This document shows positions 49,917 to 59,790 of a DNA stretch of 64,000 nt, piece after piece. The position numbers and the translations under genes are program-made. Source of the DNA: Planctomycetota bacterium (lineage in GTDB: Bacteria > Planctomycetota > UBA1135 > UBA2386); the NCBI GenBank assembly GCA_965228735.1, contig OZ245838.1, positions 3,808,001 through 3,872,000 on the forward strand, in the 5' to 3' direction. Position 1 is the first letter of the stretch. Each line of letters begins with the position of its first letter. The notes under the pieces were generated by a model. That model was not told where the DNA came from. It saw only the letters and a program-made list of their open reading frames with translations, and did not search any database.

Positions 49917-50387
49917 CTACACGCCGTAGCGCGGCAGATCGGGTCGCGCCCGATGCTCGAAGATCAGTGACGTCTCGACGTGACTGACCTCGGGCCGTGA
50001 CGTCAGATAGTCGGCGGCGAGCTCGCGCAGCTGATCGGCGTCCCGCACCGCGACGTGCAGCAGGAAGTCGGTGCGGCCCGCGAGGTAGAAGGTCGCGATC
50101 ACCGCGGGGTGCGCGAGGAAGTACTCCTGCAGGGTCGCGACGATGCCCGCGGAGTGGTGCTCGAGCTGCACGGCGATCATCGCCTGCAGACCGATGCCGA
50201 GCGCCTTCGGATCGACCCGGGCGTGGAAGCCCGTGAGCACGCCGTCCTGCCGCAGACGCCGCACGCGTTCGAGGCAGCTCGACGGCGCGAGGTGGACCTG
50301 CTGGGCCAGTTCCTTGTTGGACAGCCGAGCATCGTTCTGCAGGGCGTCGATGATGGCGAAGTCCGTTCGGTCGAGGTCGCGTTTCAC
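49917..50387 (-). CDS. Lrp/AsnC family transcriptional regulator
   Basis: LDRTDFAIIDALQNDARLSNKELAQQVHLAPSSCLERVRRL; GTG 50387. Confidence 0.92.
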   Translation of the reverse strand: MKRDLDRTDFAIIDALQNDARLSNKELAQQVHLAPSSCLERVRRLRQDGVLTGFHARVDPKALGIGLQAMIAVQLEHHSAGIVATLQEYFLAHPAVIATFYLAGRTDFLLHVAVRDADQLRELAADYLTSRPEVSHVETSLIFEHRARPDLPRYGV

Positions 50388-50495
50388 GGAAGTCTTCCGG
50401 AGAGAATTCGGCGTGCTCGGACGCTCCCGCGGCCGAAGATGCTCCTCAACATCAGACCCGAACATCGTTCCGCTGACAAGACGCCCAACCGAACA

Positions 50496-51776
50496 ATGAA
50501 CGTTCTCGCCTCCGCGCTTCCGACGCCAACGGTGCCTCCGGCCGCCCGGAACCCGGCCTCCGGCACCCCGGACCTGGCGGCAGTGATCGCGTTCCTCGAC
50601 GCGCTCGCGGTCGCCCTGCACCGCTTCGGCGCGCCATCGCATCGCATCGAGCCCCTGCTCTCGCAGGTCGCCGACCGCCTCGCCGTGCGCGGCGAGTTCT
50701 TCGTCGAGCCGACCGCGATCCACCTCGCTCTGCACACCGACGCGGGCACGCTGTCGCGCTTCTCGCGCGTCGAGCCGGGGCAGGACGACCTCGAGCGCCT
50801 GGCCGAGCTCGACGCGCTGACACTCGCGTTGATCGACGGCGAGATGTCACTCGCCGCGGCGAACGTTCGACTCGAAGCGATCCTCGCGCGGCCGCCGCGG
50901 TACGGCGCCGCGGTCGAAGCGGCCGGCTTCGCCCTGGCGTCGAGTTCGGCAGCGGTGTTCTTCGGCGGCGGTCCGGCCGAGTGCACGGCGGCTGGCCTCG
51001 GCGCGGTCGGGATCGCGTTGCTCGGGCGCTGGTCGGCGCGGCACCCGCGCGTCACACCGATCTTCGAGGGGCTCGCGGCGTTCGCGCTCGCGGCCATGAT
51101 CACGATCACCGCTGCGTTCGTGCCGCTCGCGCCCGACCTAGCCGTGCTCGCGGGGCTGATCATCCTGATCCCCGGCCTGCGACTCACCGTCGCGGTCTCG
51201 GAGATGGCGACGGGCCACCTGTCGGCCGGCGTCGCGCGACTCGCGTCGACGGCGGTGTCGTTCGGTGCACTCGGGTTCGGCGCGTTGCTCGCGACGCGGC
51301 TCGTGAACGGCGTGTTCGCCGAACGGCTCGCCACGGTGGCGACACCGGTCGTGCTGCCGCCGGTCTCGACGTGGATCGCGCTCGCGGTTGCGCCGATCGG
51401 CTTCGCCGTTCTGCTCCGCGCCGCGCGCCGCGACCTGCTCGTCATCCTGCTCACCGCGCCGCTCGGGTTCCTCGCCGCGCGCCTCAGCGGCGCCGCGCTC
51501 GGCACCGACCTCGCTCCGCTCGTGGGCGCGTTCACGATGACCGCCGTGAGCAACGCGCTGGCGCGCTGGCGCGAGCGACCGGCCAGCGTGACGCTCGTGC
51601 CCGGCTTCCTGCTGCTCGTGCCGGGCAGCATCGGCTTCCGCAGTCTCGCGACGCTGCTGTCGAACGACGTCGTCCTCGGCGTCGCGACCGCGGTCGAGAT
51701 GCTCACCGTCGCCGCCGGGCTCGTCGGGGGCATGCTGCTCGCGAACGTGCTCGTGCCGGCGCGCCGGGCGCTGTGA
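50496..51776 (+). CDS. ThrE family threonine/serine exporter
   Basis: LHRFGAPSHRIE, AVFFGGG, LIILIPGLRLT, PGFLLLVPGSIGF; divergent from the Lrp gene. Confidence 0.85.
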   Translation: MNVLASALPTPTVPPAARNPASGTPDLAAVIAFLDALAVALHRFGAPSHRIEPLLSQVADRLAVRGEFFVEPTAIHLALHTDAGTLSRFSRVEPGQDDLERLAELDALTLALIDGEMSLAAANVRLEAILARPPRYGAAVEAAGFALASSSAAVFFGGGPAECTAAGLGAVGIALLGRWSARHPRVTPIFEGLAAFALAAMITITAAFVPLAPDLAVLAGLIILIPGLRLTVAVSEMATGHLSAGVARLASTAVSFGALGFGALLATRLVNGVFAERLATVATPVVLPPVSTWIALAVAPIGFAVLLRAARRDLLVILLTAPLGFLAARLSGAALGTDLAPLVGAFTMTAVSNALARWRERPASVTLVPGFLLLVPGSIGFRSLATLLSNDVVLGVATAVEMLTVAAGLVGGMLLANVLVPARRAL

Positions 51777-51840
51777 GACGAAGATGCCGGGTTCGGGACG
51801 TTCACGTCGGTCTCGTGGTCCCTGGCACTAGACTCGGGGG

Positions 51841-53208
51841 ATGCTGCGCCCCGTCGTCGTTCTGGTGTTCGGTCTCGTGGCCGTGCGCTCGCAGGAGGAG
51901 AGCGGACGGCCGCCGAACGTGCTGCTCGTGATGACCGACGATCAGGGCTGGGGCGACGTCGGGTTTCGCGGCCACCCGCGATTGCGCACGCCGCACCTCG
52001 ACGCGATGGCGAAGGCAGGGCTCGTGTTCGATCGCTTCTACGCGGCCGCACCCGTGTGCTCGCCGACGCGCGCGAGCGTGCTGACCGGCCGCCACCCCAT
52101 GCGGCTCGGGGTCCCGGGCGCGAACTCGGGGCACCTGCCGCGCGCCGAGACGACGCTCGCGGAGTTGCTGCGCGCCCGCGGCTATCGCACCGGCTTCTTC
52201 GGCAAGTGGCACCTCGGCACGCTCACGACGACGCGGAAGGACAGCAACCGCGGCGGACGGCCGCAGCACGAGAAGCACTACACGACGCCGGCCGACCATG
52301 GCTTCGACGAGTGGTTCGCGACCGAGGCCAAGGTCCCGACGTTCGACCCGATGCTGCAGCCGGGCACGAAGATGCCCTACGGCACGGCCTACTGGAACGG
52401 CGACGAATCACCGGTCTCGGAGAACCTCGAGGGCGACGACTCGCGCGTGATCGTCGATCGCGCAGCCGCGTTCGTGCAAGAGACCGCGGCTGCCGGATCA
52501 CCGTTCTTCGCCGTCGTCTGGCTGCACTCCCCGCACCTGCCGATCGTCGCCGACCCGAACTTCGTGCCCGACTACGCCGACGTCGAGAACGCGACGCTGC
52601 GCGAATACTACGCCTGCGTGAGCGCGCTCGACGCGCAGATCGGTCGGCTGCGCGCGTTGCTCACCGAGATCGACGCGGCGGACAACACGATCACGTGGTT
52701 CTGCAGCGACAACGGGCCGGAGGGCCAGGCAGGCCGCGGCCCCGGCAGCGCCGGACCGCTGCGCGGCCGGAAGCGCCACCTCTACGAAGGCGGTGTTCGC
52801 GTTCCCGGGGTCGTGACCTGGCCGGAGCGGATCGCGGCAGGATCGAACACCGCGGTGCCGTGCGTCACGAGCGACATCCTGCCGACGATCGCAGCGCTCA
52901 CGGGTTGCGAGTTGCCGGCCGACGTCGAGCTCGACGGGCGCGACGTCGCCGCGGTGCTGACCGGCGATGCGGACAGTCGTGGCGCGGCGATCGGGTTCTG
53001 GTCGCGCAAACGGTGCGCGTGGACCGGCGATCGCTGGAAGATCTTCAGCCCGGACGACGGTGCGACGTGGCAGCTCTTCGACCTGCAGAACGACATCGGC
53101 GAGCGCTCCGATCGCGCGAGCGCGCACCCCGAACGGGTCGCCGAGCTGGCGCAGGCGTTCGAGGCGTGGCGCGCCAGCGTGCGCGCCGAGCCGCGCGGGC
53201 CGCGGTGA
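51841..53208 (+). CDS. Sulfatase (S1, Cys-type), exported
   Basis: PNVLLVMTDDQGWGD, CSPTRASVLTG, GKWHLG, SDNG, YEGGVRVP. Confidence 0.93.
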   Translation: MLRPVVVLVFGLVAVRSQEESGRPPNVLLVMTDDQGWGDVGFRGHPRLRTPHLDAMAKAGLVFDRFYAAAPVCSPTRASVLTGRHPMRLGVPGANSGHLPRAETTLAELLRARGYRTGFFGKWHLGTLTTTRKDSNRGGRPQHEKHYTTPADHGFDEWFATEAKVPTFDPMLQPGTKMPYGTAYWNGDESPVSENLEGDDSRVIVDRAAAFVQETAAAGSPFFAVVWLHSPHLPIVADPNFVPDYADVENATLREYYACVSALDAQIGRLRALLTEIDAADNTITWFCSDNGPEGQAGRGPGSAGPLRGRKRHLYEGGVRVPGVVTWPERIAAGSNTAVPCVTSDILPTIAALTGCELPADVELDGRDVAAVLTGDADSRGAAIGFWSRKRCAWTGDRWKIFSPDDGATWQLFDLQNDIGERSDRASAHPERVAELAQAFEAWRASVRAEPRGPR

Positions 53209-53211
53209 CGG

Positions 53212-54036
53212 TCAGCGCTTCAACCCGATCGCGATGCTCGACAGGATGACGCCGCTGGCGATCAGCAACCGCGTCGTCAGCTCTTCGTCGAGCAGCCAGA
53301 TGCCGAGGGCCGCGGCGATGACGGGCACCGCGAGTTGCACGAACGCCGCGCGCGTCGCCGTGAGGTGCGCCAGCGCGCGATACCAGATCGCGTAGCCGAG
53401 ACCCGAGGTGAGCGCTCCCGAGATCGCGGCGAGCAGCGCGCCGCGCCCCGTGATCGCGGTCCACGGCAACGCAGCGACGAACGCGACACCGGCGAGCAAC
53501 GCTGCCCGCGCGAACGCGGCCGCCGTCGTCGAGAGCGGCGGACCGGCCTTGCGGCCGGCGAGCGAGTAGAGGCCCCAACCGAGTGCGGCCGCGAGCATGA
53601 GAACGGCGCCGATCGGATCCGGCGCGCTGAGCCCCGGCAGCACGAGATAGACCACGCCACCGATCGCGCCGAGCACGGCCACCCATTCGCCGAGGCGCGG
53701 CCGTTCGCCAGCGCGCAGTCCGACCAGCAGCATCGTGAGCTGCACGCCGCCGAACAGCAGCAACGCGCCCACCCCCGTCGGGAGGTCGACGTAGGCCAGG
53801 GAGAACGGCAACGCATAGAGCAGCAGCCAGGACGCGCGAAGCCAGTCGCCACGGCCGTCGCGCGGCGCCGCACCCCGTCGGCGCCGAACGAGGAGTGCGA
53901 GCACGAGCGCACCGGCCACGAGCCGGATCGCGGTGAACGACCACGGGTCGATCGCCGACTCGGCCAAGGCCAACCGACAGAGCAGCGAGTTGGCGGCGAA
54001 CGCGACGAGCGCGGCAACGGTGAGAAGAACGGGCAC
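53212..54036 (-). CDS. DMT/EamA family transporter
   Basis: AFAANSLLCRLAL, SGALTSGLGYAIWY, QLAVPVIAA; about 10 TM helices. Confidence 0.88.
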   Translation of the reverse strand: MPVLLTVAALVAFAANSLLCRLALAESAIDPWSFTAIRLVAGALVLALLVRRRRGAAPRDGRGDWLRASWLLLYALPFSLAYVDLPTGVGALLLFGGVQLTMLLVGLRAGERPRLGEWVAVLGAIGGVVYLVLPGLSAPDPIGAVLMLAAALGWGLYSLAGRKAGPPLSTTAAAFARAALLAGVAFVAALPWTAITGRGALLAAISGALTSGLGYAIWYRALAHLTATRAAFVQLAVPVIAAALGIWLLDEELTTRLLIASGVILSSIAIGLKR

Positions 54037-54151
54037 GATCAGCGCGGTGTCATTCGAGCGGTATCATTCGAGCATGTCCGCGACGCCGGCCGTGAGTCCG
54101 GCAGCAGCCGGGGCGCGACAATCCGGGCATGGGTTCCTCGTCACAGCGACC

Positions 54152-54979
54152 TCAACTGCGCGCGAGGATCGTGCGGGTGTAGAGCACGCGAAAGCCCTGC
54201 CGGATCACGTTCTGCTGACTCCGCGAGCCGGGCTGCGTCACGACGACCGCGAGATCACAGCCGGCATCGGTCGCGCGCTGCAAGCGCTCGTGCAGCATCG
54301 CCGTCTGCACACCGCGGCGCCGGGCAGCCGACAGCGTGGTCGCCCCGCACAGCTGCGCGATGCCGCTCGTGCAGCGCATCGACGCGCCGCCCACCAGCTC
54401 GCCGGCCAGCTCGGCAGCGAAGAACTCCATCCCGTCCGCCGCGGCGAAGTCCGCGAGGATGCGCCGCAACGATTCGATCTCGAACGACTCGTGCGACGCG
54501 ACGCCCTCGACGTCGGGCGCGGCGAAGCCCGCGGCGACGAGGTCGAGCCAGGACTCGCGCTCGGCCTCGGCGCTGACCCGAACGGTGTGCGCCGGCGCCG
54601 GGATCGCGGGAGCATCGGCACCGAGCGGGCGCCCGCTGACGTTCTCGAACGAGACGATGCGATAGCCGCGCTCCGTGAAGAACCGCGCGACGTCGGCGTC
54701 TCCGAGGTTGGCCAGTTCGACGTGCAGGGGCGCGTTCCGAGCCGCGAACATCGCCTCGACCTCGGCGAGCTCGTCGACCGGGACCGCACCGTCGAACCCG
54801 AGGCCGACCACCTTGTTGATCGGCGAGCCGTCACCGAGCCAGACCGCGAGCCCACCAGCGAGCTCGCGAACGAGCAGGTCCCGCTCCGGATGCCGTTCGC
54901 GCGCCGCGTTCGCGAGCGCGCGGACGAGCTCGAGCTCGGCGCTCTCGATCCGGCGGGCAAGGTCGACGCTGGCGAACAT
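54152..54979 (-). CDS. GNAT family N-acetyltransferase
   Basis: LARRIESAE, GSPINKVVGLG, ATTLSAARRRGVQTAML (acetyl-CoA motif A), SQQNVIRQGF; ATG 54979. Confidence 0.87.
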   Translation of the reverse strand: MFASVDLARRIESAELELVRALANAARERHPERDLLVRELAGGLAVWLGDGSPINKVVGLGFDGAVPVDELAEVEAMFAARNAPLHVELANLGDADVARFFTERGYRIVSFENVSGRPLGADAPAIPAPAHTVRVSAEAERESWLDLVAAGFAAPDVEGVASHESFEIESLRRILADFAAADGMEFFAAELAGELVGGASMRCTSGIAQLCGATTLSAARRRGVQTAMLHERLQRATDAGCDLAVVVTQPGSRSQQNVIRQGFRVLYTRTILARS

Positions 54980-55026
54980 GCCGGCACGTGAACGCCTCGG
55001 CTGCCCGCGAGCAAGGAGAACGCGCG

Positions 55027-56553
55027 CTACTTGCCAGCCGGATACGGCTTGGGCAGGAACACCGTGGTTCCCTCGTTCGTCTGGCGCGCGCCGGGCGTGC
55101 TGCGGCCATCGTCGACGTAGCGCTGCATCAGGGCGGTCAGCCGTTCGACGACCTCGGGGTTGCTCGCCGCGACGTTGTGCTGCTCCGCGCCGTCCTTCGC
55201 GAGGTCGAAGAGCTGCAGCAGCGGCAGCCGCTGCTTGCGCGCGGGCGCCGGCTTCGGCGCGCTCCAGCCGCCGGAGCCGGGACAGAACACGAGCTTCCAT
55301 TGGCCCTGGCGGATCGCGAACGAACCGTTGACGGAGTGATGCACGGTCGCCTCGCGGGCAGGTGCATCGGCGTCGCCGAGGAGTGCTGGCAACATGCTCA
55401 CGCTGTCCTCGCCGGCGGTGTCCGGGAGCTTCGTGCCCACGATCTCCGCGCACGTCGCCATCAGATCGGTGTGGCAGACCGTCCGATCCGAAGTCGTGCC
55501 GGCCGCCACGCGCGCAGGCCAGCGCACGACGAACGGTACGCGGTGGCCGCCCTCGTAGATGTCGGCCTTGTGCCCGCGCAGGCCGTTGTTGGGATCGTGC
55601 CCGTGCTCCTGCAACGCGGCGAAGTCGGCGCGCGGCGAACAGCCATTGTCCGACGTGAACACGAACAGCGTGTCATCACCCGCGCCGGTCTCGTCGAGTG
55701 CCTGCAGCAACGCGCCCACGGTGGCATCGACCTGCAGCACGAAGTCACCGTACGGGTTGGTGCCGCTCTTCCCCTGGAACTCGGGCGTCGGCAGGATCGG
55801 CGTGTGGGGTGCCGGCAACGGCAGGTAGAGGAAGAACGGGGCCTCTTCCTGCGCGCGCGCCCGCACCCACGCGACGGCCCGCCGCGTGAAGTTGGGCAGC
55901 ACGTCGTCGTGCACGAAGTCCGCGCCGGTGAGCCCGCGGCGCCAGAAGCCCTGATAGTCCTTGTTGACCGTCTTGCGGTTGGGTTCCGCCGTGACGCGCC
56001 CGTCCTCGACGTAGACGTACGGCGCCATGTCGAGTGAACCGTTGTGCACGCAGTAGTGCTCGAACCCGTTGACGTCGGGACCGTTCGTCACCGGCAATGA
56101 GAAGTCGATCGGCCCGCGCCCCTTCGCCGTCTGTCGGCGGCCGAAATCGAGCCCGAGGTGCCACTTGCCGATGCACGCCGTGCGATAGCCAGCGTCCCGC
56201 AGCAACCCGGCGACCGTGAGCCGCGCCGGATCGATCAGGTGCTCCGAGCCGCCGCCGAGCACGCCGCGCTTGAGCCGCGAACGCCACGCATAGCGCCCCG
56301 TGATCACGCCGTAGCGCGTCGGCGTGCACACGGCCGAACCCGAGTGCGAGTCCGTGAACCGCATCCCCTCGCGCGCAAGTCGATCGATGTGCGGCGTGCG
56401 CCACGCGGCGCCGGCGTTGTAGCACGACGCGTCACCGACCCCCATGTCGTCCGCGAGCACGTAGACGATGTTGGGCAGCGCGTCTTGCTGACCGACGAGC
56501 GCGGTCGAGCAGAGCGACAACGAGATCGAGAGGGCGACGAGGTGGACGCGCAT
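55027..56553 (-). CDS. Arylsulfatase-like sulfatase (S1, Cys-type), exported
   Basis: PNIVYVLADDMGVGD, CTPTRYG, GKWHLG, SDNG, YEGGHRVP. Confidence 0.93.
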   Translation of the reverse strand: MRVHLVALSISLSLCSTALVGQQDALPNIVYVLADDMGVGDASCYNAGAAWRTPHIDRLAREGMRFTDSHSGSAVCTPTRYGVITGRYAWRSRLKRGVLGGGSEHLIDPARLTVAGLLRDAGYRTACIGKWHLGLDFGRRQTAKGRGPIDFSLPVTNGPDVNGFEHYCVHNGSLDMAPYVYVEDGRVTAEPNRKTVNKDYQGFWRRGLTGADFVHDDVLPNFTRRAVAWVRARAQEEAPFFLYLPLPAPHTPILPTPEFQGKSGTNPYGDFVLQVDATVGALLQALDETGAGDDTLFVFTSDNGCSPRADFAALQEHGHDPNNGLRGHKADIYEGGHRVPFVVRWPARVAAGTTSDRTVCHTDLMATCAEIVGTKLPDTAGEDSVSMLPALLGDADAPAREATVHHSVNGSFAIRQGQWKLVFCPGSGGWSAPKPAPARKQRLPLLQLFDLAKDGAEQHNVAASNPEVVERLTALMQRYVDDGRSTPGARQTNEGTTVFLPKPYPAGK

Positions 56554-56569
56554 CGCGGCAGTCTATGCT

Positions 56570-57724
56570 CTATCGCGGCGGCAGCACGTCCCGAGCGCGT
56601 TCGAGCAGCACGCGCGCGGCGGCGCGGTGGCCCGCCTGGCTCCAGTGCGCATCGCAGGAGAGGAAGAGCCGCGCGAGATCGTCACCGTGCGCCGCGGTGA
56701 ACGCGGGCAACAGCGGCACGAAGTGGACGTTGTCGATGCCCTCGGCCCACTCGCTCAGCCGGGTGTCGAGCGGCGTCGCTCCGGCCGCCCGATACGCGGC
56801 GAAGTCGGCGAGGCGCGGGATCGTGAACAACACGACGGGCCGCGGTGCCGCGGCCTTCGCGAGCTGTTCGTACGAGTGCGTGAGGCGGTGGAACTCCGCG
56901 TCCGAGAACCGGAAGAACCGGCTCTCGGGCTGGTCGACCTCGCCCGCGATCTTGCTGCGGGCGCGGCTCTGCTTGTGCGCCGAATACAGCAGGTCGACGA
57001 CGTTCTTCGTGTAGGTGAACTCGCGCAGGAAGTGCTGGAGGTCGAAGTCCGCGTCCCCGGGGTCGAGCCGGAACGTCGACTGCTCGACGCTCGGCAGCGA
57101 GTAGCGCAGTTCGAAGTCCGGGTGATCGCCAGCCCAGTACGCCTGGTAGCGATCCGGCTTCGGCACGTCGTCGTCGAAGTCGTTCTCCGGCAGGATCGCG
57201 GCGACGACCGCGTCGTGACGGAACTGCGAGGCGAAGCGCGAGTAGAGCGCGAACGCGTGGGTCGAGCCCGCGTTGCCGCTCGTTCCGAAGTTGAGGAACG
57301 GCGTGCCGGTCTCCTGCTCGAGCACGTCGGACATGCGATCCGCGAGCGCGACGCCGTAACCCTCCATGAACGAGTCCCCGAGCACGACGACGCGCGGGTG
57401 ATCCGCGTCGCGGCTGCGCTCGCGATCGCGTGCGCCGTACGAGTTGCTCTCGTAGACGACGCTGAAACACGCCTTCTGGTGGCGGAAGCGCGTGTGCGGC
57501 GGATGCCAGACGCCGAACTCGGGGCTCAGGTCACCCCAGAACGTGCGGGCGCTGTCCTCGAGCGTGTAGGTCGGCGTGCGCGCGCTGAACATGCCCGTCG
57601 ACACCGCGAGGCACGACCCGACCTCGAGCGTCAGCAGGCCGATGATCAGGCCGACCGCGAGCGCGACGAGGCGACGGCGACGCTTCTTCGGGGGCTTCTT
57701 CGGTTGCGGCGTGGGGTCGGCCAT
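56570..57724 (-). CDS. SGNH/GDSL hydrolase-like protein with N-terminal membrane anchor
   Basis: VLGDSFMEG (block I), NFGTSG, ENDFDD, DAHWSQAGH (DxH). Confidence 0.82.
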   Translation of the reverse strand: MADPTPQPKKPPKKRRRRLVALAVGLIIGLLTLEVGSCLAVSTGMFSARTPTYTLEDSARTFWGDLSPEFGVWHPPHTRFRHQKACFSVVYESNSYGARDRERSRDADHPRVVVLGDSFMEGYGVALADRMSDVLEQETGTPFLNFGTSGNAGSTHAFALYSRFASQFRHDAVVAAILPENDFDDDVPKPDRYQAYWAGDHPDFELRYSLPSVEQSTFRLDPGDADFDLQHFLREFTYTKNVVDLLYSAHKQSRARSKIAGEVDQPESRFFRFSDAEFHRLTHSYEQLAKAAAPRPVVLFTIPRLADFAAYRAAGATPLDTRLSEWAEGIDNVHFVPLLPAFTAAHGDDLARLFLSCDAHWSQAGHRAAARVLLERARDVLPPR

Positions 57725-57763
57725 CGCGCCCCATCATGCCGTCGGGATGCCGAAGAGGCGCGG

Positions 57764-58819
57764 TCACTTGCGATTCAGCCGCGCATCGAGCCCGGTTGCC
57801 CAGGACTCGCCGCCGTCCCCGGACTGCTCGTGGACGAGCCGCAGGCCGCCGTCGCCGAGCGCCTCGTAGCGCACGCGGCGCGGCGCGGCCGTCACTTTCC
57901 CCGCGCGGTCGCGTTGCACGAACGTGCCGACGCCGGCATCGCTGACCGTGCCGACGAGGATCTCGAACGCGGGGTTGCGGTCGTCGAGCGTGCGGGCGAC
58001 CCACTCCCCGTGCTCGGGGTAGAACGCCCAGGCCTCGAAGCTCCGATCGATCCGCGGCGCGTCACCGGGGCGCTCGACGTCGAGGAAGCACATCGTGCCA
58101 CAGCCGCGATTCGTGCTGGTCACGACGAGCCGCACGGAACTGCCGTCGGTCGCCGTGCCGCGCCACTCGCCGACGAAGCGATCGAGATCGCGGGCACCGT
58201 CGTGGCGGCAGACGCACGCCTGCTTCGGCGGCGCCGGCCGCGCGCGTTCGCCGGCAGCCGTCGTCGCGGCCGCGCTCACGGTCCGCGAGAACTCCATGAT
58301 CCAGGTCGTGCGCCACCCGCCGCCGTCGACCGGGTTCGCCATGTCCCACCGCACGGTGTCCGGCAACGCGTCGGCGAACGTGAACCGCGTTGCCCGCGGC
58401 CACGCGTCACCTGCGACGTTCGGCGGAAAGAACTCGGCGCGACCGTGCCGGAACGCGCCCTCCATGCGCGAGAAGCGGGCGCTGCGCGGGTTCGGCCAGT
58501 TGAGCCCGATCACCCAGCGCCCGGTCTTCGGATCGTAGAGTCGCACGCTGATGCCGAACGTGTTGGCCACCTCGCCGTCCAGCCCGTCCCACTCCTCGAG
58601 GATCGCCTTGCCGCCGAGGATCGGCCGGATGCGCGCCTTGGACTTGCCGGCCAGGAACCACCCTTCGGGGCCGAGGCGGCGGTTCTCGACGTTCCACTCG
58701 CCGACCCAGAAATCGAACTGCCGCTCCTTTGCCGCGACGTCGACGGCATCGCCATCCTGCGCGCTGGCGAACGGGGCGATCGCGGCGAGCGCGAGACCGA
58801 CGAGGACGAGCTTGGCCAT
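57764..58819 (-). CDS. Exported protein with two tandem DUF1579-like beta-barrel domains
   Basis: RQFDFWVGEW...DGGGWRTTWIMEFSR and RDLDRFVGEW...SGDGGESW; signal peptide from ATG 58819. Confidence 0.65.
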   Translation of the reverse strand: MAKLVLVGLALAAIAPFASAQDGDAVDVAAKERQFDFWVGEWNVENRRLGPEGWFLAGKSKARIRPILGGKAILEEWDGLDGEVANTFGISVRLYDPKTGRWVIGLNWPNPRSARFSRMEGAFRHGRAEFFPPNVAGDAWPRATRFTFADALPDTVRWDMANPVDGGGWRTTWIMEFSRTVSAAATTAAGERARPAPPKQACVCRHDGARDLDRFVGEWRGTATDGSSVRLVVTSTNRGCGTMCFLDVERPGDAPRIDRSFEAWAFYPEHGEWVARTLDDRNPAFEILVGTVSDAGVGTFVQRDRAGKVTAAPRRVRYEALGDGGLRLVHEQSGDGGESWATGLDARLNRK

Positions 58820-58916
58820 GCCCCCAGCGTGCCCCGCTGCACCACGCGACGAAACCGGCCGCCACGGGATCGATGCCGTTGGGCAAACTTCCCGGGCGTC
58901 GTAGTCTGACCGGGCC

Positions 58917-59789
58917 ATGCGCTACGAAGGCCGCATCTACCGACCGCCGAGCGAGGCGGACTCCTACATCCTGCAGGCGACGATCGGCTGCAGCTGGAAC
59001 AAGTGCACCTACTGCGACATGTACCGCGACAAGGAGTTCGCGGTGCGGCCACTCGGACACACGCTCGAGGACATCGCGGCCGCGGGAGCGGCCCACGGCG
59101 AGCAGGTGCGCAAGGTGTTCGTCGCGGACGGCGACGCGCTGATCCTCGACCTCGAGCACTGGCGCGCGATCCTCGGCGCATGCCGCGACGCGTTCCCTGC
59201 CCTGCGCCGGGTGTCGTGCTACGCGATGGCGACCAACGTGCTCGACAAGACCGAGGCCGAACTGCGCGAGCTTCGCGAACTCGGCCTCACCCTGCTCTAC
59301 ATCGGCCCCGAGAGCGGCGACGACGCGACGCTCAAACGGATCGCGAAGGGCAGCACGTTCGCCGAGCACGTCGCTGCCGCCGACCGTGCGCGAGCCGCCG
59401 GCATGACGCTGTCCGTGATCTTCCTGCTCGGCGCCGGCGGCGTCGAACGCAGCGACCAGCACGCGCGCGCGTCGGCCGAACTGCTGACCGCGATGGATCC
59501 GCGCTTCGCGTCGGCGCTGACGCTGACCGTCGTGCCGGGCACGCCGATCGCGCGCGCCGAGGAGAAGGGCCTCTACACCGCGCCGGATGCCGCAGGCGCG
59601 CTCCGCGAGCTGCGCACGCTCGTCGAGCACGCCGCCCCGACCGACGCGATCTTCCGCACCAACCACGCGTCGAACCGGCTGCCGATCGCCGGTCGACTGC
59701 CGCGCGATCGCGAACCGATCCTCGCGGCCATCGACGGCGCCCTGGCCGGCGATGTGCCGCTGCGACCCGAGTGGCTGCGCGGGTTGTGA
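58917..59789 (+). CDS. Radical SAM protein
   Basis: IYRPPSEADS, GCSWNKCTYCDMY (Cx4Cx2C), FVADGDAL, YIGPESGDD, FRTNHASN. Confidence 0.9.
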   Translation: MRYEGRIYRPPSEADSYILQATIGCSWNKCTYCDMYRDKEFAVRPLGHTLEDIAAAGAAHGEQVRKVFVADGDALILDLEHWRAILGACRDAFPALRRVSCYAMATNVLDKTEAELRELRELGLTLLYIGPESGDDATLKRIAKGSTFAEHVAAADRARAAGMTLSVIFLLGAGGVERSDQHARASAELLTAMDPRFASALTLTVVPGTPIARAEEKGLYTAPDAAGALRELRTLVEHAAPTDAIFRTNHASNRLPIAGRLPRDREPILAAIDGALAGDVPLRPEWLRGL

Positions 59790-59790
59790 A

